Assembly: GCA_965223855.1 (NCBI GenBank)
Contig: CBDCXM010000009.1
Coordinates: 2,112,001 to 2,176,000, forward strand
DNA length: 64,000 nt
From: Candidatus Multivoradales bacterium
GTDB lineage: Bacteria; Acidobacteriota; Thermoanaerobaculia; Multivoradales; JAHEKO01
Direction: 5' to 3'
In this document: piece by piece, positions 10,701 to 21,476 of the stretch
Position numbering within the stretch: the stretch's first letter is position 1
Layout of the letters: each line of letters begins with the position of its first letter
Notes under the pieces: generated by a model
Told to the model about the DNA's origin: nothing
The model's database searches: none
The model's input: the letters and a program-made list of their open reading frames with translations, nothing else
Made by a program: the position numbers and the translations under genes

Positions 10701-10959
10701 GGACGGCGAGCGGCCGCACGTCGTCGACCGCCTGCTGTCACGCGAGGTCGACCTCGTCGTCAACACGCCGCTGGGGCAGGCGTCGCACATCGACGATGCG
10801 ATCATCCGTCAGACGGCGCTCAAGTACGATCTTCCCTGCATCACCACGCTGTCCGGAGCGCGAGCCGTCGTGGCGGCGATCCGCTCGCTCAGGGGTGGGC
10901 GCCTCGACGTCGAACCGCTCCAGTCCCTGCACGCCCGCGTCGCCCGCGCCCGGGCCTGA
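7732..10959 (+). CDS. carB: Carbamoyl-phosphate synthase large subunit
   Basis: [24 protein letters not shown], duplicated ATP-grasp halves, [25 protein letters not shown]-terminal MGS domain. Confidence 0.99.
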   Translation: MPRRSDLDSILVVGSGPIVIGQACEFDYSGTQACRVLRREGYRVVLVNSNPATIMTDPQFADATYVEPLVPEVVERILERERPDALLPTVGGQTGINLTLALSDSGVLERLGVEVLGANIGALRLGEDRLLFKEAMEEIGLAVPASGYAGSLDEAREIAARIGYPLIIRPSFTLGGEGGGTVYNRDELDDMVATALDASPTRQVLLEQSVLGWKEFELEVIRDRADNAIVVCSVENVDAMGVHTGDSITVAPQQTLSDREYQEMRTEAFAVIRRVGVATGGSNIQFAVDPATGDRVVIEMNPRVSRSSALASKATGFPIAKIAALLAVGYTLDEIENDITGETYAAFEPALDYTVVKVPRWAFEKFPATTPVLGTSMKSVGEVMAIGATFREALMKALASLELDGTLASRESRMADPVRLRRRLSTPNWERLFAVFAALRQGWTVEEVYEASHIDPWFLREIAAILEVEGELGCWNLESVPVELVERGRHAGLSGARIAQLLDCSLEAFRAREREWGIRRVYKRVDTCAAEFPARTPYFYSTYGDEDEAEVTDRRKVVILGSGPNRVGQGIEFDYCCVHAAYALSDAGLETVMVNCNPETVSTDYDTSDRLYFEPLTLESVLEICERERPEGVIVQLGGQTPLKLAHGLEAAGVPILGTPPDAIDLAEDRERFGALLAEHGIRQPENGIARTEDEGVAAAREIGYPVLVRPSYVLGGRAMAVCYDDDSLADYMRQAAEVSPGQPVLLDRFLDDAFELDLDLLADGERAVVAGVMQHIEEAGIHSGDSAAVLPPHAVDDERVDEMRGIARELALALGVKGLMNVQFALHEGEVYVLEVNPRASRTVPFIAKAVGIPLVGLAARVMAGATLEELGFVEEPPVPGVFVKAPVFPFRRFPGVDPLLGPEMKSTGEVMGVSQDLGQAFAKAWFGAGHDLPTSGVAFLSVNDRDKPALEPIARDLEDLGFHLTATAGTAASLGLAGLEVEVVPKVMDGERPHVVDRLLSREVDLVVNTPLGQASHIDDAIIRQTALKYDLPCITTLSGARAVVAAIRSLRGGRLDVEPLQSLHARVARARA

Positions 10960-11085
10960 ACGGAACTTCCCCGTCTCTCGTCCCGGCTGCTGGCGGCGGC
11001 GGCCGAGGAGCGGTAACTTTCCGGAGACAGGCCTTTGCGCAACGCCAGCCTCTCTCAACAAGCCCCTGGGAGTCACGACCACGTC

Positions 11086-12486
<1,401 letters not shown>

Positions 12487-12506
12487 GATCCGGCTGCAGC
12501 CGGATC
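12487..12506. terminator. Perfect 20-bp palindrome directly after the fumC stop
   Basis: gatccggctgcagccggatc is its own reverse complement. Confidence 0.45.
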
Positions 12507-12788
12507 CCGGGGAAGGCGGGGGCCGCGAGCATTCCCGGGCGTTGGACCCGGCCTGAGTCGAGCACCGATAGCTCAGCCCGAGGGGGACGTCGCGCGTACC
12601 CGGTAGGACAACCGGCGACGCGCGCTCTCTCGCCGTCGGCCGATGGCCTGCGGTCCGATGGCACGGCTTTCAGGCCTCGGCGAGAGCCCCCTCGGCTCTG
12701 AACTATCGGCACCCGCCCCAGGCCTCTCGTCGCGGTGGAGGTGCGGACGTGAGGTATTCTCCCGCGGAACTCGACTGACGGAGGAACC

Positions 12789-13160
12789 TTGATCTCTTAC
12801 ACCGCCTACAAGGTGTTGCACGTCTTCGGCGTGCTGCTGACCTTCACCATTCTCGGCGCCGTCGCGCTTCACGCTGCCAACGGCGGCGACCGTGACAGCA
12901 ACCGTCATCGCAAGCTCGCCGGCGCCCTGCACGGCACCGGCCTTCTGCTGATTCTGGTCACCGGCATGGGGACTCTGGCGCGTCTCGGCGTGACCGGAGG
13001 CTTCCCCGGCTGGGTGTGGGCGAAGCTGGCGCTGTGGGTGGTGGTCGGAGCCTCTGCCGCGGTGGTCAAGCGTGCGCCCGGGTTCTCCGTTCACCTGCTG
13101 TGGCTGATGCCGGCGCTCGGCGGTGTCGGCGCCTGGCTGGCGATCTACAAGCCGTTCTGA
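12789..13160 (+). CDS. Small 4-TM membrane protein (SirB2-like)
   Basis: YKVLHVFG, HGTGLLLILVTG, WVWAKL, C-terminal YKPF; TTG start with SD gagga. Confidence 0.7.
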   Translation: MISYTAYKVLHVFGVLLTFTILGAVALHAANGGDRDSNRHRKLAGALHGTGLLLILVTGMGTLARLGVTGGFPGWVWAKLALWVVVGASAAVVKRAPGFSVHLLWLMPALGGVGAWLAIYKPF

Positions 13161-14794
13161 TGGGGCGCCCGCTTCTCAGGGGAGTCGCCGGCGCGATCCT
13201 GCTTCTGGCTCTTGCCGCGCCGGTAGCGGCCGAGGAGCCGATCGACTGGGATGCGGTCAACCGCATCCGGGACGAGGGGTTCCATCGCTCGCAGGCGATG
13301 GAGACGCTGCGCATCCTCACCGACGAGCTGGGACCACGCCTCACCGCCTCGCCGCGCGGACACGCTTCGAGCCGCTGGACCCGCGACCGGCTGGAAGAGT
13401 GGGGGCTCTCCGATGCCCGGCTCGAAGAGTGGGGGCCGTTCGGACGCGGCTGGTCGTTCGATCGTGCCGCCGTGCACATGGTGGCGCCGACGCCGATGCC
13501 GCTGCTCGCTCTCCCCAAGGCGTGGACGCCCGGGACGAAGAAGGCGCAGCGGGGCGAGGCGATGCGGGTGACGATCGAGTCGCCGGAGGACTTCGAGCAG
13601 TATCGCGGCAAGCTCAAGGGCAAGATCCTGCTGACCGAGGCGCCGCGCGAGCTGCGGGCGGGGGACGAGGCGCCGGTCGATCGCTACGACGACGCCGAGC
13701 TCGCCGAGCTCGAGCCGTTCCCGATTCCGGGGGAACGCTCCAACTTCCGCGCACGCTTCGCCAAGCGCCTGGAGCTGCGCAGGAAGCTCAACGAGTTCCT
13801 TGCGGAAGAGAAGGCGTTGGCGACGATCGACCTGAGTTCGCGGGACGGTGGCATCCTTCGCCTCGGTGCGGGCGGCTCCCGGGAGCCGGACGAGAGTGTC
13901 GGCGTGCCGGCACTGGCGATGGCGCCCGAGCACTACAACTGGATCGCGAGGCTCCTCGACGCCGGCAAGACGGTCGAGCTCGAAGTAGACGTGCGGGCCG
14001 AGTTCCACGACGGCGATCTCATGGCTCACAACACGCTTGCCGACCTGCCGGGGAGCGATCTGGCCGACGAGGTGGTGCTGCTCGGCGCTCACCTCGACTC
14101 CTGGCATGCCGGCACCGGCTCGAACGACAACGCTGCCGGATGCGTCGTCATGATGGAGGCGATGCGGATCCTCCGCGCCACCGGTCTCCAGCCGCGCAGG
14201 ACGATCCGGATCGCCCTGTGGACCGGCGAGGAGCAGGGACTCTTCGGCTCGCGCGCCTACGTCGAGAACCACCTCGCGACGCGGCCGGAGAACACCGATC
14301 CCGACCAGGCGGCTCTCCCCGCGTGGCTGCGCGAGCCGACCTGGCCGATCGAACCGAAGGAGGGCCACTCGAAGTTCTCGGCCTACTTCAACCTCGACAA
14401 CGGCGCCGGGAAGATCCGCGGCATCTACACCCAGAGCAACCTGGCGGTGATGCCGATCTTCGAGCGCTGGCTCGAGCCCTTCCACGACCTCGGCGCCGAG
14501 ACGGTGGTGACGCGCAACACCGGCGGTACCGATCACGTGATCTTCGACCGTGTCGGCCTGCCCGGATTCCAGTTCGTGCAGGACCAGCTCGACTACTTCA
14601 GCCGTACCCACCACACCAACCTCGACGTCTACGATCATGCCGTCGAGGAGGATCTGAAGCAGGCGGCGGTGATCGTCGCCTCGTTCGCCTGGCACGCGGC
14701 GATGCGGGACGAGCTGCTGCCACGCAAGCCGATGCCTCAGGAGCCACCTGCAACCGACAAGCCGGACAAGAACGAGGAGGCGGACGCGCGCTAG
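13160..14794 (+). CDS. Secreted M28 family metallopeptidase (carboxypeptidase Q-like)
   Basis: Signal peptide, LTDELGPRLT, GAHLDSW, DNAAG, GEEQGL, NLD, HHT. Confidence 0.93.
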   Translation: MGRPLLRGVAGAILLLALAAPVAAEEPIDWDAVNRIRDEGFHRSQAMETLRILTDELGPRLTASPRGHASSRWTRDRLEEWGLSDARLEEWGPFGRGWSFDRAAVHMVAPTPMPLLALPKAWTPGTKKAQRGEAMRVTIESPEDFEQYRGKLKGKILLTEAPRELRAGDEAPVDRYDDAELAELEPFPIPGERSNFRARFAKRLELRRKLNEFLAEEKALATIDLSSRDGGILRLGAGGSREPDESVGVPALAMAPEHYNWIARLLDAGKTVELEVDVRAEFHDGDLMAHNTLADLPGSDLADEVVLLGAHLDSWHAGTGSNDNAAGCVVMMEAMRILRATGLQPRRTIRIALWTGEEQGLFGSRAYVENHLATRPENTDPDQAALPAWLREPTWPIEPKEGHSKFSAYFNLDNGAGKIRGIYTQSNLAVMPIFERWLEPFHDLGAETVVTRNTGGTDHVIFDRVGLPGFQFVQDQLDYFSRTHHTNLDVYDHAVEEDLKQAAVIVASFAWHAAMRDELLPRKPMPQEPPATDKPDKNEEADAR

Positions 14795-14824
14795 CGCCGT
14801 TCGTCTTTCTAGAGAGGAAGCGCT

Positions 14825-16153
14825 ATGCCCTGGTACCGCAAGCTCCACTGGCAGATCATTCTCGGCCTGCTGCTCGGCCTCGTCTACGGCATCGTGGCGG
14901 CCTCGAACGGCTGGGGCGGCTTCACCAACGACTGGATCGCCCCGTGGGGGACGATCTTCATCAACGCCCTGCAGCTCATTGCGGTGCCGCTGGTGCTCTC
15001 CTCGCTCATCACCGGCGTCGCTTCGCTCTCCGACCTCAAGAGCCTGTCGCGGATCGGCGGCAAGACGATCTTCATCTATCTGGCGACGACCGCCCTTGCG
15101 GTGACGGTGGGACTCCTGATCGTCAATGTCCTCGAGCCGGGAAAGCGGGTTCCCGAGCAGGTGCGGGCCGAGCTCTCCGAGCAGTTCGCCGAGGATGTCG
15201 GCGAGCGCGAGGCTGCTGCCGAGGCCGCTGCGGAGCGCGGGCCGCTGCAATTCCTCGTTGACATGATGCCCGACAACTTCTTCCAGTCGGCGACGAGCAA
15301 CCGCAACATGCTGCAGATCGTGCTGGTGTCGCTGTTGATCGGCGTCGGTCTGATCCAACTCTCGCCGGAGAAGTCGAAGCCGCTGCTCGACGTATTCAGT
15401 TCGCTCAACGACGTCGTCGTGCGCCTGGTCGATCTCATCATGTTGATGGCTCCGCTCGGGGTGTTCTCGTTGATTGCCCGCACCATCACCGGCATGGCGG
15501 GCGACGATTTGCAACAGGTCGTCGATCTGCTCGGCGCGCTCGGCTTCTACTGCCTCGCCGTCGTCCTCGGCCTCGCAATCCAGACGTTCGTCACGTATCC
15601 GACGATGCTCAAGCTCTTCTCGCGCCTGCCGCTCAGGACGTTCTTCGCAGGCATCGCGCCGGTGCAGCTGGTGGCGTTCTCGACCAGCTCGAGCGGAGCG
15701 ACCCTGCCGCTGACGATGGAGCGCTGCGAGGAGAAGCTCGGCGTGTCGGAGGAAGTCTCCTCGTTCGTGCTGCCGCTCGGCGCCACCATCAACATGGACG
15801 GCACCGCGCTCTACCAGGCGATCGCGGCGGTCTTCATCGCCCAGTCGGTAGGCATGCAGGTCGGGCTCGAGGGGCAGTTGACGATCGTCCTGACCGCGGT
15901 GCTCGCCTCCGTCGGGACGGCGGCGGTGCCGGGCGCGGGCATCATCATGCTGGTGATCATCCTGCAGGCGATCGGCGTGCCGAGCGCCGGCATCGCCCTC
16001 ATCCTCGGCGTCGACCGCATCCTCGACATGCTGCGCACCGCGACCAACGTCACCGGCGATGCCACCGTCGCCTCGATCGTCGCCTCGAGCGAAGGTCAGC
16101 TCTCGCCTCCGAACCTGAGTGAGGAGGCGGATCGGATCCGCACCCGTAGGTAG
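14825..16153 (+). CDS. Dicarboxylate/amino acid:cation symporter (GltP/DAACS)
   Basis: AFSTSSSGATLP, LPLGATINMDGTALY, GVDRILDMLRTATNVTGD. Confidence 0.96.
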   Translation: MPWYRKLHWQIILGLLLGLVYGIVAASNGWGGFTNDWIAPWGTIFINALQLIAVPLVLSSLITGVASLSDLKSLSRIGGKTIFIYLATTALAVTVGLLIVNVLEPGKRVPEQVRAELSEQFAEDVGEREAAAEAAAERGPLQFLVDMMPDNFFQSATSNRNMLQIVLVSLLIGVGLIQLSPEKSKPLLDVFSSLNDVVVRLVDLIMLMAPLGVFSLIARTITGMAGDDLQQVVDLLGALGFYCLAVVLGLAIQTFVTYPTMLKLFSRLPLRTFFAGIAPVQLVAFSTSSSGATLPLTMERCEEKLGVSEEVSSFVLPLGATINMDGTALYQAIAAVFIAQSVGMQVGLEGQLTIVLTAVLASVGTAAVPGAGIIMLVIILQAIGVPSAGIALILGVDRILDMLRTATNVTGDATVASIVASSEGQLSPPNLSEEADRIRTRR

Positions 16154-16198
16154 CCGCGGCGAGCGGACACAAGCGGAAGCTTGTTGCCTAGAGAGACG

Positions 16199-17098
16199 AT
16201 GAGCACCCTTGCAGAGGAGTCAGGAGGCCTCTATGCCCTGCTAGCGGGAGCTACCGTTGGAGCCTCCTGCAGTCTCGGGTCGGGAGCTCGAATAGAAGCT
16301 TGCGACCCGCCCATACGGCTTGAGTATGGAGTGGTGGCAAGGCAAGGGTGGCCTTCTGGGGAGACGCTGGATATCTCGGGAAGATGGCCAGAGATCGCTG
16401 TGTGCGGTTCCAAGCTTTGGATCGACGGGCAAGTAGAACTCCCCGAGAGCGAGGACCTCACGGGCGCCCTTCGCTACATCAGTTGGCTTCTTCGCATTCG
16501 ATCTCACTCCTCGGTCCGGATCGTCCTTCGCATGAGTCGCGATCCCGAAGCAGTGATAGCTGGCGAGTACAAGAGCTACCGGACGCTTTTCTCCCTCGAC
16601 CGCCCGCCACCTCGACTGTTGAGGCCTCAACCACCTGAGGAGCATGCACCGCTGTCTCCTGAGCACCTGGACTGGGTTGCCAGCCATTGGTCAGCCTCCT
16701 TCCAGGCCCTCAGCGAACGCGTGTCCTTCTCTAATGCAATGATCGCAGCCGTTCGAGCACCGTGGGCTGACACCGAGGCCTACGCGCAGATGATGGTCTG
16801 GTCCGGCCTCGAAGCGCTCTTCTCACCAGGAGACCGAGGTGAGTTGACTCACCAGCTCGCGGCAAGTCTGGCGGCTTTCCTCAAGCCGCCTGGTGACGAC
16901 AGGCTTGCGATCTACCAGGAGGTCCGCCGCCTGTACGTGGAGAGATCTAAAGCTGTCCATGGACAGAAGATGAAGCAGGGTTCTGATGCCCTTCAGCGAT
17001 CCCATGAGCTTCTCTGCAGAGCCCTTCTAAGGTGCATCGAAGAGCGCGACACTCCCGATCCGAACCTGTTGAGGAATCGGCTGGTAATGGGTCGCTAG
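16199..17098 (+). CDS. HEPN-domain protein (ApeA-like), putative RNase
   Basis: WSGLEALF..GELTHQLA..RRLYVERSKAVHG: upstream E plus RxxxxH; visibly more A/T-ending codons than the neighbours. Confidence 0.75.
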   Translation: MSTLAEESGGLYALLAGATVGASCSLGSGARIEACDPPIRLEYGVVARQGWPSGETLDISGRWPEIAVCGSKLWIDGQVELPESEDLTGALRYISWLLRIRSHSSVRIVLRMSRDPEAVIAGEYKSYRTLFSLDRPPPRLLRPQPPEEHAPLSPEHLDWVASHWSASFQALSERVSFSNAMIAAVRAPWADTEAYAQMMVWSGLEALFSPGDRGELTHQLAASLAAFLKPPGDDRLAIYQEVRRLYVERSKAVHGQKMKQGSDALQRSHELLCRALLRCIEERDTPDPNLLRNRLVMGR

Positions 17099-17952
17099 GA
17101 ACTAGGCCCAAGTCGAGCGTCGAGGAACTCGTCCAGCAGCGTCGCCAGCCGCTCGAGGCGGTCGAGCATCCGGTGGTCTCCGTCGGCGAAGAGGTGGAGC
17201 TCGATCCGGTCGTCGCGGCAGCGGGTGGCGAAGTCGACGACGCTCTCCCACGGGACGCTGTCGTCGTGCCTGCCCTGAAAGAGGAGGGCCGGCACGCGGT
17301 GCTGCTCGATGAGCTCGTCGACCGGGTAGCGCCGCAGGTCTTCGACGAAGCCCCAGTCGATCGACCAGCTGCCGAGGTCGTGCTCGATCTCGCAGCTTCC
17401 TTCGGCTTCCCATCGTTCGACGGCCCCGGCCCCGAGGCGCCGACGGAAGGCGTCCTCCAGACCGAGAGCAGGCGCGAGATGGGCGGCGGCGACGATGCCC
17501 TCGGGCTCGCGGGCGCAGTGCCACAGACCGGTCAGCCCACCCATCGACGAGCCGAGGACGACGAATCGGCGATACCCTCGCCTCGCCAGCTCCTTGCGAA
17601 CGCAGGCGACATCCTCGAGGTTACGGGTCAGCGAGAGGTCGCGCATCGAGCCGCCGGACTCGCCGTGGCCGCGGAAGTCGAAAGCGGCGAAGGTGACTCT
17701 TCTGGCGACCATGTGGCGGCGGAAGCGGTCCGCCTTCTCGCCGAGTCGAGAGGAGCCGAAGCCGTGGAGGTAGATCGCCGCCAGATCGGCGGAGGCGTCG
17801 TCACGCGAGGACGGGAGGGTGAGCTCGCCGGCGAGGTGGATACCCGGTGCGACCTCGATTCGCAGGCGCTCGGAGGCGGCGTGCTCGAGCGTCCCGGTCT
17901 CGGATACCTCGGTCTCGGGCACCCCGGTCTCCGGTACCTCGCCCTCGCGCAC
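17095..17952 (-). CDS. Alpha/beta hydrolase
   Basis: YLHGFGS, FDFRGHGES, nucleophile GSSMGG, QGRHDDSV, GDHR. Confidence 0.9.
   Translation of the reverse strand: MREGEVPETGVPETEVSETGTLEHAASERLRIEVAPGIHLAGELTLPSSRDDASADLAAIYLHGFGSSRLGEKADRFRRHMVARRVTFAAFDFRGHGESGGSMRDLSLTRNLEDVACVRKELARRGYRRFVVLGSSMGGLTGLWHCAREPEGIVAAAHLAPALGLEDAFRRRLGAGAVERWEAEGSCEIEHDLGSWSIDWGFVEDLRRYPVDELIEQHRVPALLFQGRHDDSVPWESVVDFATRCRDDRIELHLFADGDHRMLDRLERLATLLDEFLDARLGPSS
17893..17952 (-). repeat. Four imperfect 15-bp tandem repeats (VREGE/VPETG/VPETE/VSETG)
   Basis: + strand units cccggtctcggatac, ctcggtctcgggcac, cccggtctccggtac, ctcgccctcgcgcac. Confidence 0.75.
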
Positions 17953-17960
17953 CGCCAGGC

Positions 17961-18848
17961 TCAGTCGCCGAGGTGCTCGCCGAAGAAGGCGAGCGTGCGA
18001 TCCCAGGAGAGCTCGGCCGCGTCCGCCTGGTAGCGGGTCCCCGTGGGGTTGGCGAAGGCGTGTCCGGCTCCCTCGTAGACGTGGATGGTGACGTCGCCGC
18101 CCCGCTGCTCGAGCGCGCTCTCGAAGGCGCGCACGCCGTCGAGCGGGATGCCGCCGTCCTCGCTGCCGAAGTGGCCGAGGACCGGCGCCGCCACGCCGTC
18201 GAGGCGCTCGTCGGCGAACACCCGGCCGTAGTAGATGACCGCGGCGTCGAGGGAGTCGCCCATCATCGCGGCTGTCCGCAGCGACCAGCCGCCGCCGAAG
18301 CACCAGCCGACGCTGCCGATCGTCGTCACGCCGACCTCGCTCGTCAGGTAGGCGTGCGCCGAGCGCAGGTTGTCCTCGAGCCGTCCGTCGTTCTCCATCG
18401 CGGCGCTCATCAGGGCGCGGGCGCCGTCACGGTCACTCGCAACCTCGCCCTCGTAGAGATCGACGGCCAACGCGGCGTAGCCGGCGGCCGCGAAGCGGCG
18501 CGCCATGGTGCGGATGTTGTCGTTGAGGCCCCACCACTCCTGGATCACCAGCAACCCGCCCTTCACCTCACCGTCCGACGGCACGGCGAGATAGCCGTTG
18601 ATGCCTTCGTCGGCCCAGTAGGTGACCGTGCGGGTCTCGACGCCTTCCTCGGCCGCGTCACCTGCGGCGGCGCCCGGGACCGGTTCGTCGGAAGCGTGCT
18701 CGCGCGCCATGCGTTGCTCGAAGTCGGCGTCCTCGAGAGGACCGGCTCCGCGGGCGGGAGCGTCGGCGGCGCGGGCGTGGGCGGCGAAGCCCGTTGCGAT
18801 CAGGAGCACGAGGGAGGAAGCGGCAAGCAGTCGCGAAGTTCGAGTCAT
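17961..18848 (-). CDS. Dienelactone hydrolase family protein with signal peptide
   Basis: IQEWWGLN, GWCFGG, GSEDGGI, AGHAFAN. Confidence 0.94.
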   Translation of the reverse strand: MTRTSRLLAASSLVLLIATGFAAHARAADAPARGAGPLEDADFEQRMAREHASDEPVPGAAAGDAAEEGVETRTVTYWADEGINGYLAVPSDGEVKGGLLVIQEWWGLNDNIRTMARRFAAAGYAALAVDLYEGEVASDRDGARALMSAAMENDGRLEDNLRSAHAYLTSEVGVTTIGSVGWCFGGGWSLRTAAMMGDSLDAAVIYYGRVFADERLDGVAAPVLGHFGSEDGGIPLDGVRAFESALEQRGGDVTIHVYEGAGHAFANPTGTRYQADAAELSWDRTLAFFGEHLGD

Positions 18849-18928
18849 GGATCGGCTCCGAATGGGTCAGCGAGGAACACGTGTCGGCGGCGGGACAGGA
18901 TTGTGCCACGAGTCCCGCCCGCCACAAG

Positions 18929-18968
18929 AAAAAAGGCTACGGCAGCGCGGAGGGGCGCTGCCGTAGCC
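18929..18968 (-). terminator. Rho-independent terminator
   Basis: 14-bp stem ggctacggcagcgc/gcgctgccgtagcc followed on the - strand by a U-tract (aaaaaa on +). Confidence 0.88.
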
Positions 18969-19010
18969 GGTCTCGGGACGGCTCCGAAGGGGAGCCGATG
19001 TAGAAGGAGT

Positions 19011-19814
19011 TCAGCCGTCCTTGCGAAGGCCCTTGCCGCCGCTCTCGCTGCGGCCGGGCTTGCCGGCTTCGTCCGTTCGCGGTCCGGCAGCAGACTGCCG
19101 GCCCGGCTTCGACGTCGCGCTCTCGACAGCAGGCGGTGGCGAGACGGTGCGATCCCCGAGGGTCGCCTCGTCCTTCGCTCCGCGGATGTGGTAGTCGAGG
19201 CTGCCGCCGGAGAACTCGAGCGACCGCGCCGTGTTCTCCAGCAGAGCCAGCTCGGCGTACTCGAGCGGCAGAAGCGAGTTGTCGAGATCGACGAGCCACA
19301 GGAAGAGGTCTCCGTCGATCGACAGATAGAGCAGCCCGTCCGTCGCCTCCGGATGCGAGCGCTGCCACTCGATCCGCACGGTGTCGTAGCGGCGGCTGAC
19401 ATTGCGCCAGGGGGTTTCGCTCGAAATGACCTGCTCGTTGAAGGCCCGGATCCGCAGTTGGAGGTGGCCGTCGTGGCGCCGTGTCTCCAGGTTGAACACC
19501 GGCAGCCGCTCCACCGAGCGGCCGACGAGGAGCGACCGTACGCTGTCTTCCTTGTCCTGCCACAGGCCGTCGTGGAGACGGAAGGTGGCGTCGAAACTCC
19601 CTGACTGGTGGATACTCACGAGCTCGATCGCGCCCTGAACGCGGCTCCAGGCCGACAGATCGCCCGACTCGAAGTCGTCATCGAAGATGTCGCCGTAGGC
19701 GTCGGCGTAGAGCTCCCAGCCGAAGACCTCGGTCGGCAGGGAGGTGAACGGCACGAGTGCCCAGCCGAGCAGGCAGAGCGCCATCGTGGCGAGGGATTTG
19801 AGGTGTTGTTTCAT
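19011..19814 (-). CDS. Secreted hypothetical protein with DIFDDDFESGDLSAWS motif and a beta-rich domain
   Basis: Signal peptide MKQHLKSLATMALCLLGWALV, SD ggagg, VRIEW..DGLLYLSIDG..LDN. Confidence 0.75.
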   Translation of the reverse strand: MKQHLKSLATMALCLLGWALVPFTSLPTEVFGWELYADAYGDIFDDDFESGDLSAWSRVQGAIELVSIHQSGSFDATFRLHDGLWQDKEDSVRSLLVGRSVERLPVFNLETRRHDGHLQLRIRAFNEQVISSETPWRNVSRRYDTVRIEWQRSHPEATDGLLYLSIDGDLFLWLVDLDNSLLPLEYAELALLENTARSLEFSGGSLDYHIRGAKDEATLGDRTVSPPPAVESATSKPGRQSAAGPRTDEAGKPGRSESGGKGLRKDG

Positions 19815-19877
19815 GGGACCTCCGAAGACGGTACTTCGATTCGGGCGAAACGTATCGGATGAGAAGTTACGGTGCAA

Positions 19878-21476
19878 TTACATCTCGGTGGACGGCGGGA
19901 AGGGGCTCGACCGGGTGGTCGCTCCACCGGGATCGGCCAGCGGATTCTCGAGCGAGTGGACCTGAAAGACGGCGCCGTGGCGCTCGATCACCACGCCCGG
20001 GAAGAGCTCGAGAGGGGGTTCGTCGAAGTAGACGGCCTGCCCGCGATCGACCCGGTCGGAGACCAGGGTCACGAGATCGTCGGCCGAGATGAGGAAGCGG
20101 TTCAGAGGCTCGACGTCGGGGCGCCGGCCCTCGATCAACTGGAGGTACTCGAGCACCGGAATGGTGCTCCACCAGCCGATCACGAGCGCCCCCTGTTCGA
20201 CCGAGTTGAGGACCGACAGCCCCCGGTTGTAGGCGCTGCGATCCTCGGAAAGGTCGACCAGAGGGCCGTTCCAGGCGAGGGAGAAGAAGACGGCGAGGAC
20301 GGCCGCGGCCCGAACGACCGCCCTCGCCGCCACGGTGCTTCGATGTCCCTGCTCGGCCGCGAGCCAGCGGTTGAGGGCGTCGTAGCCGACTGCCAGGAAC
20401 AGAGCCCAGAGCAGATAAGACGGCAGGAACATCGTGGCTTTGTCGATCACGTCGTAGTTGACGTAGAAGAGAGTCGTCGCGAGGAACATCACGATCCACG
20501 TCACCGCGAGACGTCTCTTGCGCCGGTAGAGGGCGAAGACCCCGATCAGCGCCGGGCCGACGCCGACGGCGACGAACGCTCGCACGAGTTCAGCGCCGAA
20601 GCCGAGGCTTTCCTGGAGGAACCCGCCGGCTCCGGCGCCGAGGATCACGTGGGAGAAGACCTTGCCCGAGACCAGCCACCACATCCCCTGGAGGGAAGCG
20701 AGGTCCACTGGCACGAACGTGCCGGTGCCGTCGAACTGGCCGGCGTAGTTGAAAGCGGGATCGGACCAGTAAAGGAGGGTCAGGTAGAAGTAGAGGCTCA
20801 GGCCCGCGGCCAGGCCGGCAGCGGCGGCGGCGAGTCGCCTTACGGTCAGCCACTGCAACCCCTCGTGCCGGTGGAGGGTGGCGAGCACCGACCACAGGCA
20901 GGCGGGAGCGAGCAGCACCGTCGCGACGTGGTTGGAGAAGGCGAGGCCGACGACGAAGGTGCAGCCCGCGAGGCCGAGCGTCGATCGCCGGCTCTCGAAG
21001 GACATCAGGGCGAGGATCACCGCGCACAGCAGGAAGGTGTGCAGGGTGTAGACCTCGGCCATCGACGCCATCGCCCAGAAATAGCGTGAGGTCGCCAGCA
21101 CTCCGAGCGCTCCCAGGCGAGCCCAGCCCGGGATGCCGAGCCTCGCGAGGATCACGTTGGCGCAGGCGATCGTGGCGGCGCCGAAGACCGCCGACAGCAC
21201 GTTGAAGGCGTGCCCGACGTCGTCGAAGGGGAGCAGGGCCCAGAAGCGGGCGAGCAGCAGATAAAGGGGATAGCCGGTCGCGCGCATCAGACCGCCGGTG
21301 GCACCGGCGGTCGTCAGCTCGGCGCTGTCGAGGTTGTAGACGGTGGGTGCGACGGTGGTGAGGTAGAGCGCGAACGGCAGGGCGAAGACCGCGAGGAAAC
21401 CCGCCGCCGCTCGCAGCCGCGAGATTCCGAGCGTGCCGAGCCGTCTCAGTGGCAGGGCCTGACTCGCGTCGTTCAT
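19878..21476 (-). CDS. DUF2723/TMEM260-like GT-C membrane glycosyltransferase
   Basis: LYLTTVAPTVYNLDSAEL..GYPLY, WAMASMAEVYTL, GLAFSNH, YFYL; many TM helices. Confidence 0.85.
   Translation of the reverse strand: MNDASQALPLRRLGTLGISRLRAAAGFLAVFALPFALYLTTVAPTVYNLDSAELTTAGATGGLMRATGYPLYLLLARFWALLPFDDVGHAFNVLSAVFGAATIACANVILARLGIPGWARLGALGVLATSRYFWAMASMAEVYTLHTFLLCAVILALMSFESRRSTLGLAGCTFVVGLAFSNHVATVLLAPACLWSVLATLHRHEGLQWLTVRRLAAAAAGLAAGLSLYFYLTLLYWSDPAFNYAGQFDGTGTFVPVDLASLQGMWWLVSGKVFSHVILGAGAGGFLQESLGFGAELVRAFVAVGVGPALIGVFALYRRKRRLAVTWIVMFLATTLFYVNYDVIDKATMFLPSYLLWALFLAVGYDALNRWLAAEQGHRSTVAARAVVRAAAVLAVFFSLAWNGPLVDLSEDRSAYNRGLSVLNSVEQGALVIGWWSTIPVLEYLQLIEGRRPDVEPLNRFLISADDLVTLVSDRVDRGQAVYFDEPPLELFPGVVIERHGAVFQVHSLENPLADPGGATTRSSPFPPSTEM

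Noticed and set aside
7717-10719. 1000-aa antisense ORF and many similar long shadow ORFs
   Set aside because: Mirror frames of high-GC3 genes such as carB, with no recognisable motifs
12659-12675. Sigma54-like TGGCAC
   Set aside because: Lacks the -12 GC at the correct spacing
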